Assembly (NCBI GenBank): GCA_965248305.1
Contig: OZ252099.1
Location: forward strand, 4,785,981 to 4,849,980
Direction of reading: 5' to 3'
DNA: 64,000 bases
Source: Bryobacterales bacterium
GTDB taxonomy: Bacteria; Acidobacteriota; Terriglobia; Bryobacterales; UBA6623
A program made the position numbers and the translations under genes. Shown piece by piece: positions 10,110 to 20,536 of this stretch (within the stretch, counting starts at the first letter, position 1; every line of letters starts with the position of its first letter). The notes below the pieces were generated by a model. It was given only the letters and a program-made list of their open reading frames with translations. It ran no database searches and was not told the DNA's origin.

Positions 10110-12742
10110 GCAGAGGCAGCGCCAGCGGGCCGTCTGCCATGTCTGGTGTCGGCTGGCTCGCCTGCCTGGGCCTGCTTCCCGCGCTGCTGCACATTCCGGC
10201 CTTGTGCCAGGTCGCCCTGTCGGCGCTGCCACCGGCCACCGACAGGCGCATTGACTTCGCCACCGAGGTGGCGCCCCTTCTCGAACAGCGGTGTCAGTCC
10301 TGTCACGGAGAGGCGCTCCAAAGCAGCGGGTTGCGTCTGGACAGCCGCGAGGCGGCCCTGCGGGGTGGATACTCCGGGCCTGTCATCTTGCCAGGCAATA
10401 GTCAGGAGAGCAAATTAATTCAAATGGTCGCCGGTCTGCGCAAGGATCTTGTAATGCCCATGTCCGGCGACCGGCTGGCTCCGGGGCAGGTCGGCATGCT
10501 CCGCGCTTGGATCGACCAAGGCGCCGAATGGCCGGAACCACAGGCAGCCGAGAATCCGGCAGCTATACAGCCGCAAGCCAAAACCATGCACTGGGCCTTC
10601 ATTGGACCCCGACGGCCCGCGTTGCCCGATGTTGAGAATTCCGGTTGGGTGAGGAATCCCATTGATCGATTCGTGCTTGCGAAGCTGGAAGCCCAAGGAA
10701 TCCAGCCATCTCCACAGGCGGAAAGACCGACGCTCATCCGCCGGCTTAGCCTCGACCTGATAGGGTTGCCGCCGACGCCGGAGGAGGTTGACGCATTCGT
10801 CAATGACGGCGGTCCGGAGGCCTACGAGAACCTTGTGGATCGCCTGCTCCGCTCCGCTCACTACGGGGAAAAATGGGCGCGGCACTGGCTCGATCTGGCC
10901 CGCTATGGTGACAGCGACGGCTTCGAGACGGACGCTCCGCGCCCGCACGCCTGGAGATACCGGCACTGGGTGATCAACGCGCTCAACCGAAACATGCCCT
11001 TCGATCAGTTCACCATTGAGCAACTCGCCGGAGATTTGCTACCCAACGCGACTTTGGAGCAGCGCGTGGCAACGGGTTTCAACCGCAACACCCTGACCAA
11101 TCGCGAGGGCGGCATGGATCTCGAAATGTTGCGAGTCGAGCAGATCATGGACCGCACCAACACGCTCGGGACCGTCTGGTTGGGCCTGACCACAGGCTGC
11201 GCTGCCTGCCACGATCACAAGTTTGACCCGCTTGCGCAAAGGGACTACTACCAGTTGTTCGCGTTCTTCAATCGATCCGTCGAGGAGAACCTGGAAGCGC
11301 CGCTGGCGGGTGAGATGGGGCCTTTTCTGGCGGGAAAACCTGAGTACGACCGAATGAGACGGCAACTCCTGGCGAAGTACAAAGTGTCCGAGCTTGAGCC
11401 GGAGTGGGAGCGGAAGACGCTGGAGGCCGAGACAAACTCTGAGATCGGTGACCAGTGGATTCTGGCGTGGGAAACCGTCGGGTACGACTTTGACGGGGGC
11501 CAGGAGATCCTTCGGACTCCCCGTTCCCAACGCACCCCCAAGCAACAGGATCAGCTCACCGACCACATATTGAAGTGGTACGGGATTCCATACAGCAAGC
11601 AGAGGACGGAGGAGCTAAAGATCGCGGAGTTACGTGACAAGCTCCGGAAGCTCGCAGCTGATTACCCCGCGCTCAGCGAGGCGCAGGCGATGGCGGAGAA
11701 CCCCACCCCTCCGAAGTCATTCGTCTTGATACGTGGCGATTTCCGCCAGCCGGGTATTGAAGTGGCACCAGCGACGCCCGCGTTCTTGCCGCCATTGCCG
11801 GAAGGGGTGGAGCCTAATCGGCTGAGCCTTGCACGCTGGCTTGTGTCCGGGGAGAACCCGCTTACGGCGCGTGTGACAGTCAACCGCATGTGGCAAGAAC
11901 TCTTCGGCAAAGGTCTGGTGGAAACTTCGGAAGACCTTGGTGCGCAGGGAGACACACCGTCACATCCTAGACTGTTGGACTTCCTGGCCACGGAGTTCGT
12001 GGCCAGCCGCTGGGATGTCAAGCACATGCACAAGCTGATCATCCAGTCCGCAACGTACCGGCAGTCGTCGAAGCTCCTTAAGGAACACGAGTCCAGTGAC
12101 CCGGACAACCGGCTGTTGGCCCGGCAGAGTCGAGTACGGCTCTCGGCTGAGCTGATCCGCGATTCGGTCCTGGCGGCCAGTGGTTTGCTGAATCCCGAGA
12201 TCGGTGGCAAGAGCGTGTCGCCGCCCCAGCCAAATAGCGTGAGTGAACTCGCGTACCGGGATCAGTGGAAGGAAAGCGCAGGGCGCGACCAGTACCGTCG
12301 TGGCCTCTATATCTTTCTGAAACGCACGATGCCCTATCCGCAGTTGGCAACCTTTGACGCTCCGGATTCGCTGACCTCGTGCAGCCGGCGCTCGCACTCG
12401 ACAACACCGCTGCAGGCTCTCAACCTTCTGAACGACCCTGTCTTCATCGAGGCGGCCCAGGCTCTGGCCGTTCGAGTCCTGAGGGAGCAACCGGGGGATC
12501 TCGCTGATCGAATCGACTACGCGTTTCGCCTTTGTCTAGCGCGGGGACCGACTGAATTCGAAAAGGAACGGCTCGCCGAACACTTGCGACAGCGAATGAA
12601 AAAAATGGATGCCAACCCGGATCTAGCCTCCCAAGTTTTCCCCGCCGCCGGTGTGACGGGAGTGGCCCGTGCCGAGGCCGCGGCATGGGTGAGTGCTTCC
12701 AGTGTCCTGTTGAACCTGGACGAGTTCATTGCTAGGGAATAG
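10106..12742 (+). CDS. PSCyt (CxxCH) / DUF1549 / DUF1553 (PSD) family protein, copy 2
   Basis: CQSCHG heme-c motif, RRLSLDLIGLPPTPEEV, YGEKWARHWLDLARYGDS, GCAACHDHKFDP, LTARVTVNRMWQELFGKGLVETSEDLG. The GTG start overlaps the upstream TGA (GTGA). An alternative ATG lies at 10139. Confidence 0.9.
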   Translation: MSRGSASGPSAMSGVGWLACLGLLPALLHIPALCQVALSALPPATDRRIDFATEVAPLLEQRCQSCHGEALQSSGLRLDSREAALRGGYSGPVILPGNSQESKLIQMVAGLRKDLVMPMSGDRLAPGQVGMLRAWIDQGAEWPEPQAAENPAAIQPQAKTMHWAFIGPRRPALPDVENSGWVRNPIDRFVLAKLEAQGIQPSPQAERPTLIRRLSLDLIGLPPTPEEVDAFVNDGGPEAYENLVDRLLRSAHYGEKWARHWLDLARYGDSDGFETDAPRPHAWRYRHWVINALNRNMPFDQFTIEQLAGDLLPNATLEQRVATGFNRNTLTNREGGMDLEMLRVEQIMDRTNTLGTVWLGLTTGCAACHDHKFDPLAQRDYYQLFAFFNRSVEENLEAPLAGEMGPFLAGKPEYDRMRRQLLAKYKVSELEPEWERKTLEAETNSEIGDQWILAWETVGYDFDGGQEILRTPRSQRTPKQQDQLTDHILKWYGIPYSKQRTEELKIAELRDKLRKLAADYPALSEAQAMAENPTPPKSFVLIRGDFRQPGIEVAPATPAFLPPLPEGVEPNRLSLARWLVSGENPLTARVTVNRMWQELFGKGLVETSEDLGAQGDTPSHPRLLDFLATEFVASRWDVKHMHKLIIQSATYRQSSKLLKEHESSDPDNRLLARQSRVRLSAELIRDSVLAASGLLNPEIGGKSVSPPQPNSVSELAYRDQWKESAGRDQYRRGLYIFLKRTMPYPQLATFDAPDSLTSCSRRSHSTTPLQALNLLNDPVFIEAAQALAVRVLREQPGDLADRIDYAFRLCLARGPTEFEKERLAEHLRQRMKKMDANPDLASQVFPAAGVTGVARAEAAAWVSASSVLLNLDEFIARE

Positions 12743-12747
12743 CTCGC

Positions 12748-14196
12748 ATGGACACTCACTCGTTCCAACAGATCCACCCTCGCCGTGCATTTCTCGAACG
12801 TTGCGCGGGCGGCCTGGGTTCCATGGCACTTTGGCATCTGATGGCCCAGGACGGCGTGGCAGCCGAGGCCTCGACCGGTTTTCCTGGCGCGAACCCGCTC
12901 GAGCCGCAGCCGCCGCACTTTGCGGCCACCGCGAGGAACGTCATCTTTCTCTACATGGCCGGCGGGCCGAGCCAGTTGGATCTGTTTGACCCCAAACCGG
13001 GGATGAGGAAATGGGAGGGACAGGTCCTTCCAAGGTCGCTGACCCAGCACCTGGATCTCGCGTTCATCAAACCGACGAACAAAATCTGGGCCAGCCCGCA
13101 GACCTTTCGGCCTCGCGGCGAGTGCGGCATGGAAATCTCGGACTTGCTGCCTCACACGGCCGCTTGTGCGGACGACATCTGTCTGATGCGCTCCGTAACA
13201 ACCGACCAGATCAATCATCATCCCGGTCAGCTCATGATGAACTGCGGTTCCGGCCTGGTGGGCAGGCCGTCGATGGGGGCCTGGGTTACTTATGGACTGG
13301 GCAGTGAGTCCCAGAACCTGCCTGGTTTTGTCGTGATGGGTACCGGCGGCGGGACCAGCGCGGGTAATGCCAACTGGGGCAGCGGCTTTCTCCCATCCAG
13401 TTACCAAGGGGTTCCATTTCGGAGCGCCGGAGACCCGGTGCTCTACCTGTCGAACCCGCCGGGGTTCAGCCGGGAGGACCAGAGGGAACGACTGGATGTT
13501 GTGCGCGATCTGAATGAGCGGCGTTTGCTAGACACCGGGGATGTCGAGATTGCGTCACGGATTGAGGCGTACGAGTTAGCCTTCCGGATGCAGGCGGCTG
13601 CGCCCGAGCTGATCGACTTCTCCAAAGAATCGCCAGCCACACTCGACATGTACGGTATCAACAAGGAAGCAAGCCGGGCGTTCGGAACCAACTGCTTGTT
13701 GGCACGCAGGATGGTCGAGCGGGGAGTCCGATTCGTCGAGGTGTTCCACAAGGGCTGGGACCAACACACGAGCCTAAACCGGGATCTCGCGAAGCAGTGT
13801 GAGATCACCGACCAAGCTTGCGCTGCCCTCCTGAAGGACCTAAAGCAGCGAGGCCTGCTCAACGACACTCTGGTGATCTGGGGCGGAGAGTTCGGCCGCA
13901 CGCCAATGGTGGAGAACCGCCAACCTGACCAAGCGAACAGCATCGGGCGTGACCACCACCGCCGGGCTTTCACCATGTGGATGGCGGGCGGCGGGGTTCG
14001 GCCTGGTCAGGTCGTCGGCAAGAGTGATGAACTGGGTTTCAACGTTGTGGAAGACCCGATCCATGTGCATGATCTCCACGCCACGGTCCTCCACTGCCTC
14101 GGCCTCAACCACAAGCGACTGACCTATCGGCACCAAGGCCGCGATTTCCGTCTTACGGACGTGGAAGGCAGTGTAGTAAGGAAACTGTTGGCGTGA
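12748..14196 (+). CDS. DUF1501 (sulfatase-fold) protein, copy 2
   Basis: PRRAFLERCAGGLGSMAL leader, then IFLYMAGGPSQLDLFDPKP...GRDHHRRAFTMWMAGGGVRPG. Paralogous to 8631-10109. Confidence 0.9.
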   Translation: MDTHSFQQIHPRRAFLERCAGGLGSMALWHLMAQDGVAAEASTGFPGANPLEPQPPHFAATARNVIFLYMAGGPSQLDLFDPKPGMRKWEGQVLPRSLTQHLDLAFIKPTNKIWASPQTFRPRGECGMEISDLLPHTAACADDICLMRSVTTDQINHHPGQLMMNCGSGLVGRPSMGAWVTYGLGSESQNLPGFVVMGTGGGTSAGNANWGSGFLPSSYQGVPFRSAGDPVLYLSNPPGFSREDQRERLDVVRDLNERRLLDTGDVEIASRIEAYELAFRMQAAAPELIDFSKESPATLDMYGINKEASRAFGTNCLLARRMVERGVRFVEVFHKGWDQHTSLNRDLAKQCEITDQACAALLKDLKQRGLLNDTLVIWGGEFGRTPMVENRQPDQANSIGRDHHRRAFTMWMAGGGVRPGQVVGKSDELGFNVVEDPIHVHDLHATVLHCLGLNHKRLTYRHQGRDFRLTDVEGSVVRKLLA

Positions 14197-14831
14197 CACG
14201 GGTCCTGGCCAAAGTGTGCCACACCAGAAGGTGAGGACCCACGGGCGGACATGCCTCTCTGACGGCATTGTCCAATTGACCGCCTTCAAGTCGTTTACTT
14301 GACAATGCCTTAGACCGTGTTTGTGTTTGCCGGTTTCGCCGGGGTCTGCGTCGAATGGGAGCGCACGAAAAGGTATCCCCAACTCCGTTGACGGTTTCGA
14401 CGCCGGGTCAAGTTCAGGCGCCCTGCTGCTTTTAACGTCATCCTTACTCCCCACGTCGCCAGGCATTCCCCAGAGATCGCCACGCGGCACTTGGCAGTGA
14501 TGCTCGACCATGCGAGCCGCTCCGTGCGCGGGTAGGCGCTGCGGAACGTGGTCGACAAGCAGCGCTGATTCTGAGGCATCGGCCTTACGTAGGCCGCATG
14601 ATTGCCCTGCCGCCTGCTGATCGAGGATGGCCAGCGAGCACGCCCGCCATACTGCAGGCTGGCTTGCACACAACCGTTGGTTTCGCGAGGCCCGGCTCTG
14701 TGTGGAAGGTAAAATTGAACATGGGCACGTCAACTCCCAGCGCGAGCGTGCATCACCCTGCCGACTGTCTCCGGCTGAACCGGCGCGACGAACTCGGGGG
14801 CTAGGGCTAGGAAGGTCCGGGAGGAGCGGAC

Positions 14832-15860
14832 TCAGTCTGCATGAATTTCGGTGCGGTCCGAGTAGTTGCGCTCGTAGAAACGCAAGTACTCGCCAGAGCG
14901 CACCCCCGCGACCCATCCAGGGTTCTCTCGGTACCACTCGACCGTGCGGCGCAGGCCGGCATCAAAGTCCACCGTCGGCCCCCAACCTGTCTCGCGAATG
15001 ATCTTGGCACTCGTCAATGCGTATCGCCGGTCATGGGCGGGACGGTCAGGAACGTGCTGGATCAACGATTCAGGTTTGTCGCAGCACGCCAGAACCCGCC
15101 GGGCAACCTCAATGTTGGGCAGCGGGCAGCCGCCGCCGATGTTGTAGATTTGCCCGTGCCGGCCAGCTCTGATCAAGGCATGGATCGCCCGGCAGTGGTC
15201 CTCGACGTGCAGCCAGTCGCGGACCTGCATGCCATCGCCGTACAGCGGAAGCGGCAAATCCTCTAAGGCGTTGGCGATCATCAACGGAATCAGCTTCTCG
15301 GGAAACTGGTACGGCCCATAGTTATTCGAGGCACGCGTGACGATGACTGGCAGCGAAAACGTTTCGCCGTAAGACAGCGCTAGCAGGTCAGAGCCGGCCT
15401 TCGATGCTGAATAGGGGCTGGCCGCGTGCAGGGGGTAATCCTCATCAGCCACGTACGGATCAGCAATGCTGCCATAGACCTCATCTGTCGAAACGTGCAA
15501 GAAGAGGTTGGGCCGGTGCTCCCTAGCTGCCTCCAGCAGCACAGCCGTACCCTGCACGTTTGCAGAAACGAAGTCCAATGGAGAGAAGATGCTGCGGTCC
15601 ACATGGGATTCTGCGGCGAAATGCACGACAACCTCGGGACGAAATCGCCGGAACGCGCCTTGGACGGCCTCTTCGTCACGGACGTCCGCCCGCTCGAACT
15701 GGAAGGCTGGATGGGAATCAACTGCCGCGAGATTTTCCAAGTTGCCTGCGTACGTGAGCGAATCCAGAAGGAGGACCTCGTCCCGTGCCGGGCGCGAGAG
15801 GATCCCTCGAACGAATTGCGAGCCGATGAAGCCCGCCCCACCGGTGACTAGCAGCCTCAC
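14832..15860 (-). CDS. rfbB: dTDP-glucose 4,6-dehydratase
   Basis: VRLLVTGGAGFIGS Rossmann start and YSASKAGSDLL catalytic YxxxK. Length is 342 aa. The GTG start overlaps the rfbC stop (GTGA). Confidence 0.93.
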   Translation of the reverse strand: MRLLVTGGAGFIGSQFVRGILSRPARDEVLLLDSLTYAGNLENLAAVDSHPAFQFERADVRDEEAVQGAFRRFRPEVVVHFAAESHVDRSIFSPLDFVSANVQGTAVLLEAAREHRPNLFLHVSTDEVYGSIADPYVADEDYPLHAASPYSASKAGSDLLALSYGETFSLPVIVTRASNNYGPYQFPEKLIPLMIANALEDLPLPLYGDGMQVRDWLHVEDHCRAIHALIRAGRHGQIYNIGGGCPLPNIEVARRVLACCDKPESLIQHVPDRPAHDRRYALTSAKIIRETGWGPTVDFDAGLRRTVEWYRENPGWVAGVRSGEYLRFYERNYSDRTEIHAD

Positions 15861-16429
15861 TTGTATTGCGTCTCCCAGTCGTAGGCGATTCCCGGATCGT
15901 CATACGGCAGACGGCCCTCGTCGGATGGGTCGTAGTGCCTGTCGGTGAGATAGACCAGCATCGCCGCCGACTCGCCAATGACCTTGTAGCCGTGAGCCAC
16001 GCCGGGCGGGATCAGCAACTGCCATGGCCGCAGCTCGCCAATGTAGAAAGTATTTCGCCTGCCGTGGGTTTCCGACCCATCGCGCAGGTCGCACAACGCA
16101 ACTTGCAGCATGCCCCGGCACGGCACCCACAGATCCGTCTGGGCGGTGTGGTAGTGGAATGCCTTGATGGTCGCGGGATAGCTCACGGCGGCCGATACCT
16201 GCACCGCGTCGTGCTCAAGCCCTGACGCCAATCCCTGTCCCAATCTGGCGGCCTCAAGGAAATAGCCCCGGTCGTCAGGCCAGAGCGGGAACCGCTCGGC
16301 ACGGACGCCGTCTATCAGCTGCGGCGAATCCGGCTGCAGGATGACCTCTCCAAGGCCGCGCCCGCAGTCCGGGAGGCTCAGCTGGGATGCTGTACCCTCG
16401 CCTAGCACCTGGCCGCCGGGACCCGCCAA
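15857..16429 (-). CDS. rfbC: dTDP-4-dehydrorhamnose 3,5-epimerase (cupin)
   Basis: FHYHTAQTDLWVPCRGMLQVALCDLR...LLIPPGVAHGYKVIGESAAMLVYLTDRHYDPSDEGRLPYDDPGIAYDW. The ORF opens at 16492, but I prefer the TTG at 16429. It is preceded by AAGGA and lies just after the DAHP-synthase stop. The start is uncertain. Confidence 0.8.
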   Translation of the reverse strand: MAGPGGQVLGEGTASQLSLPDCGRGLGEVILQPDSPQLIDGVRAERFPLWPDDRGYFLEAARLGQGLASGLEHDAVQVSAAVSYPATIKAFHYHTAQTDLWVPCRGMLQVALCDLRDGSETHGRRNTFYIGELRPWQLLIPPGVAHGYKVIGESAAMLVYLTDRHYDPSDEGRLPYDDPGIAYDWETQYK

Positions 16430-16442
16430 TTTCGAGGTTTCC

Positions 16443-17486
16443 TTAGGCTGGCACGCAAGCCGCTTTCGGTCGGCTGGCCTTCCAAAGCTCAATGTACGGA
16501 TCGATCTCGCGCATCATCTGGGCGAAGGCGTTGAACGTCATCGACTGAGCCCCGTCACTCCAAGCCCTTTCGGGGTCTGGGTGAATCTCAACCATCGCTC
16601 CGTCGGCACCGACGGCCACTGCAGCCCGCATCAGAGGCGGAATCAAGGCGCGCTTTCCGGTGGCGTGGGCGGGATCCAGAATGACCGGCAGGTGCGTGAG
16701 CTGGTTCAGCACGGGCACCGCGTTGATATCCAGAGTGTTGCGCGTGGCAGACTCGAAGGTCCGGATGCCGCGCTCGCACAGGAAGACGTTCGGATTTCCG
16801 TTCGTCACGATATATTCAGCCGAGAGCAGGAACTCCTGGATCGTGGCGCTTTGGCCCCGCTTCAGCATCACGGGACAGCTGGTCCTAGCACCGATCTCCT
16901 TGAGCAGCGGGAAGTTTTGCACGTTGCGGGCACCAATCTGCAGAACGTCCGCATAGTCGGCGACCAGGTCTACGTTGGTGACGGTCATGACCTCGGTGAC
17001 AGACTTGAGGCCATAGGCGTCCGCAGCCTGGCGCAGAAGCCTGAGGCCCTCCTCCTCCAAGCCCTGGAAGCTGTAGGGGCTGGTGCGAGGCTTGAAGGCA
17101 CCCCCACGCAGGAACCGGCCTCCGGCAGAGGCCACGGCCTCTGCGCACGCCATGATCTGCGCTTCGGTCTCAACCGAGCACGGGCCAGCAATGACGGCAA
17201 ACTCGTCGCCGCCAATCGAGGCCTGTCCCGCACTTACGACCGTGCGGTCACTCTTAACCTGCTTGCTCACAAGCTTGTAGGGGGCGCTGATCGGCACTCC
17301 GTTCTCAACACCTTCAACGGAGCGCAAGACTTCGATGGCGTGAGTCACATCTCCTAAGCCGACGGCGGCGATGACAACGCGCTCGTCACCTTGGATGGAG
17401 CGAACTTTGAAGTCCATCTCCTGGATCCGGTCGCAAACCCGATCAACCTGCTCGCGGGTTGCTCCCGGCTTCATCGAAATGATCAT
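16443..17486 (-). CDS. 3-deoxy-7-phosphoheptulonate (DAHP) synthase, type I-beta with N-terminal ferredoxin-like regulatory domain
   Basis: N-terminal [43 protein letters not shown], followed by a KDO8P/DAHP-type TIM barrel (GPCSVE...[17 protein letters not shown]...KRG...DPAHATGKR). Confidence 0.9.
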   Translation of the reverse strand: MIISMKPGATREQVDRVCDRIQEMDFKVRSIQGDERVVIAAVGLGDVTHAIEVLRSVEGVENGVPISAPYKLVSKQVKSDRTVVSAGQASIGGDEFAVIAGPCSVETEAQIMACAEAVASAGGRFLRGGAFKPRTSPYSFQGLEEEGLRLLRQAADAYGLKSVTEVMTVTNVDLVADYADVLQIGARNVQNFPLLKEIGARTSCPVMLKRGQSATIQEFLLSAEYIVTNGNPNVFLCERGIRTFESATRNTLDINAVPVLNQLTHLPVILDPAHATGKRALIPPLMRAAVAVGADGAMVEIHPDPERAWSDGAQSMTFNAFAQMMREIDPYIELWKASRPKAACVPA

Positions 17487-17850
17487 GAACCTTTCCTTGG
17501 ACTCGGAATCCTAACAAATTCCCATGCGGACAGCGCGTCCCTGTAAGTCACGCGCGCCGATCACGGAAGGTTTCTGCCGGGCTCGCTGTGGTGTGGAACA
17601 CGCTTTTCGGATTACTGCCCGGTATTGCAATCGGTCCGGGGCAGATCTAAGCGGTAGCCTTAATCTAGCACGCCATCGCCAATGAGTCCACTCCATGCTG
17701 TGGCTCTCCGCTCGTTACCTGCAGCAATCAGAGGCAACGGAGGCCCGAGCCTCAGCGCGTCGACGCCGCCCGCCTTAACATGAGAGGCGCGAGTCACGGG
17801 CAGCAAACGCACGGAGCCGGAACCCGGCTGCGCGGCGGCTTCGGCAGCAA

Positions 17851-20403
17851 TTGCGCTCTGCCGCCACGCCTCGCCAGGACAGTCCAGTGAGCGAGATCTC
17901 GGCGCAACAAACGGAGGTTGCACTGGGCGGCATGACCTGCGGCCACTGCGTGGACACGGTCGAGAAGGCATTGCTCGCAGTGGAAGGCGTGCGATCCGCG
18001 TCCGCCGACCTTGCGACCCAATCGGCGTCGGTGGAGTACGACGCCGGGGCTGTGAGTCTCACGGCGATGCAACAGGCCGTCGCAGCGGCCGGTTATGCCC
18101 CGAATCGGACGAGTGACCTCGTTTCGATCGGCGTAACCGCGCCCAAGCCTGGCGAGGCGCAGGTGCCCCCGATCCACCAGGCACCTACCACCACCTCGAA
18201 GCTTGACTCGCTCAGGCTCGAGATCGAGGGCATGACCTGCGCGAGCTGCGTGCGATCGGTCGAACAAGCCGCCCTGCGAGCGCCCGGAGTGCAACAGTGC
18301 GACGTCAGCCTCACAGAAGCGACTGCGAGGGTGGTCTACGATCCCGCGCAGAGCAGCGCCGAGGACCTCATACAAGCAATTCGCAACGCCGGATACGGCG
18401 CGGCTCTCGAGACGGCCGGTCGGCAGGGAACCGATGCCGCCGGGGCTTCGAGTACGCTCCGCCGCAGGTTGATCGTGTCGGCGGCTCTCACCGCTCCGCT
18501 GCTTGTCATGGCCATGGCGCACGGCCAGCTGGGATTCGGCGACTTGGCATGGACCCAACTGGCGCTGGCGCTGCCGGTGGTGATGTACGGAGGCGCGCCA
18601 TTCTACGCCGGGGCTTGGACTGCCGCCCGACACCTGCGCTGCGACATGAACACGCTCGTGGCGGTCGGCACGGGGACGGCATTCGGATACAGCGTTGCGG
18701 CAACTGTCGCGCCGTCCTGGGTCTCGGGAGGTGGCTCCGCGCCGGTGTACTTCGAGACGGCGGCCGCGATCCTGACCTTGGTCCTGCTAGGACGCGTCCT
18801 CGAAACCAGAGCCCGTCGAAGAACCTCGAGCGCGATCCGAAAGCTCTTGGCGCTACAGGCGGACAGCGTCTGGATCCGGCGTGACGGCCGCGAACTCGAA
18901 GTCTCGCAGGGCCAAGTCGCGATCGGAGACGAGGTGCTGGTGCGGGCCGGCGAGCGGATGCCCGTCGACGGGACGATCATCGAAGGCTCAGGCGCTGTCG
19001 ATGAATCCCCCCTCACAGGCGAGAGCGCCCCAGTTGACAAGCGGCCCGGCTCGCGAACCTTGAGTGGCTCCCTGAACAAGGATGGGTTTTTCGTCGTCCG
19101 CGCGGAGAGCGTCGGCAGTGAAACGGCCCTGGCCCGGATCATCGAATTCGTCCGGCGCGCCCAGAATTCGAAGTCTCCCGCAACGCGGCTGGCCGATCGA
19201 ATCGCAGCCGTCTTCGTACCCGCCATCCTGGCCGTGGCAGCGGTGACATTCGCCGTTTGGATGATCGCAGGACCCGACCAGGACCGCGTGCGCATGGCGA
19301 TCAACGGAGCCGTCAGCGTGCTCATCATCGCGTGTCCCTGTGCGCTGGGCCTCGCCACACCAGCTGCGCTGGCAGTGGGCGTCGGCCGGGCTGCCGAGAG
19401 CGGCATCCTAGTGCGCGACGGCGCGGCGCTTGAAGCCGCCCGTGGCATCGACACAGTTGTGTTTGACAAGACCGGCACCCTCACACTGGGCCGCTTTGGC
19501 GTGACCGACTTCCAATCATTCGAGGGCGTCGAAGACGACGAGCTACTGCGTTCGACAAGCGCGATCGAGCGTCTCAGCGAGCACCCTATCGCGCAGGCGA
19601 TAGCCTCTATGCGGCCCGCTGCCGACCTCCATGTGTCGGACTACCGCACCCTGCCGGGGACAGGTGCGAGCGGCCGGGTCGAAGGCCGGCAGTGGCTCCT
19701 AGGCAAGCCCGATCTATTCGCAGAACAAGGGATCGACATTTCCAAAGCGCAGCCAGCGCTGGATCGTTTCGCCCGCGAGGGCAAGTCAGCGGTGCTGGCG
19801 GCCAAAGGGAATCGACTGGCCGGCCTATTCGCGCTCAGGGACACCATCCATCCGGAAGCTGTCTCCGCGGTCGCCGCACTCCAGCAACGCGGGATCAGGA
19901 CGATGATGATCAGCGGCGACAACGCCCAGGCCGCGGGAGCAATCGCATCCCTGGCGGGCATCGACGAAGTGCTCGCGGATGTGCTTCCGGTCGAAAAGTC
20001 CGCCGCCATCAAGAAGCTGCAGGCCAAAGGCGCAGTCGTCGCGATGGTCGGCGACGGGATCAATGACGCCCCGGCGCTGGCACAGGCCGACCTCGGGATC
20101 GCGATCGGCGCAGGGACGGACATCGCGGTCGAATCGGCGGGCATCGTGCTGGTGCGCAACAGCCCGGCCGACGTGGGCCGCGCCATCGATCTGGCCAGGC
20201 GCGTGCAAAGAACTATCGCTCAAAACTACGTGTGGGCCTTCGGCTACAACCTTCTTGGCGTGCCGGTCGCAGCGGGGGTGTTATATCCGTGGACCGGCAT
20301 GCTACTGTCCCCGATCGTAGCTTCGGCGGCGATGGCCCTGTCCAGCGTGTCAGTCCTCGCGAACAGCCTGCGCTTGAGCCTGGCGATGGCGACCAAGCGC
20401 TGA
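17851..20403 (+). CDS. copA: Copper-translocating P1B-type ATPase with two N-terminal HMA domains
   Basis: GMTCGHCV and GMTCASCV metal-binding sites, CPC transmembrane motif (IIACPCALGLATP), DKTGTLT phosphorylation site and GDGINDAP hinge. TTG start. Confidence 0.93.
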   Translation: MRSAATPRQDSPVSEISAQQTEVALGGMTCGHCVDTVEKALLAVEGVRSASADLATQSASVEYDAGAVSLTAMQQAVAAAGYAPNRTSDLVSIGVTAPKPGEAQVPPIHQAPTTTSKLDSLRLEIEGMTCASCVRSVEQAALRAPGVQQCDVSLTEATARVVYDPAQSSAEDLIQAIRNAGYGAALETAGRQGTDAAGASSTLRRRLIVSAALTAPLLVMAMAHGQLGFGDLAWTQLALALPVVMYGGAPFYAGAWTAARHLRCDMNTLVAVGTGTAFGYSVAATVAPSWVSGGGSAPVYFETAAAILTLVLLGRVLETRARRRTSSAIRKLLALQADSVWIRRDGRELEVSQGQVAIGDEVLVRAGERMPVDGTIIEGSGAVDESPLTGESAPVDKRPGSRTLSGSLNKDGFFVVRAESVGSETALARIIEFVRRAQNSKSPATRLADRIAAVFVPAILAVAAVTFAVWMIAGPDQDRVRMAINGAVSVLIIACPCALGLATPAALAVGVGRAAESGILVRDGAALEAARGIDTVVFDKTGTLTLGRFGVTDFQSFEGVEDDELLRSTSAIERLSEHPIAQAIASMRPAADLHVSDYRTLPGTGASGRVEGRQWLLGKPDLFAEQGIDISKAQPALDRFAREGKSAVLAAKGNRLAGLFALRDTIHPEAVSAVAALQQRGIRTMMISGDNAQAAGAIASLAGIDEVLADVLPVEKSAAIKKLQAKGAVVAMVGDGINDAPALAQADLGIAIGAGTDIAVESAGIVLVRNSPADVGRAIDLARRVQRTIAQNYVWAFGYNLLGVPVAAGVLYPWTGMLLSPIVASAAMALSSVSVLANSLRLSLAMATKR

Positions 20404-20536
20404 CTGCGAGTGAAGTTCTGCGGCAGGAATCGCCGCTAGAGCGAGCAACAGCGCGGCAGCCGAACATAGCCGCGAGCAGGCCGGCGTGCCAGCGCCGGGA
20501 GTTCCGCCTCTGCGCGCGCAAGTAAAATGGAATTCT

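Noticed and set aside
14810-14829. GGAAGGTCCGGGAGGAGCGG, reminiscent of the RNase P RNA GAGGAAAGUCCGG box
   Set aside because: It abuts or overlaps the rfbB stop, so there is no room for a 350-400 nt RNase P RNA. The remaining conserved helices are not evident.
13840-14937. 365-aa minus-strand ORF spanning the 14.2-14.8 kb gap
   Set aside because: It overlaps the 3' ends of both the DUF1501 gene and rfbB and has no recognisable motifs. It is most likely a GC-driven open frame.
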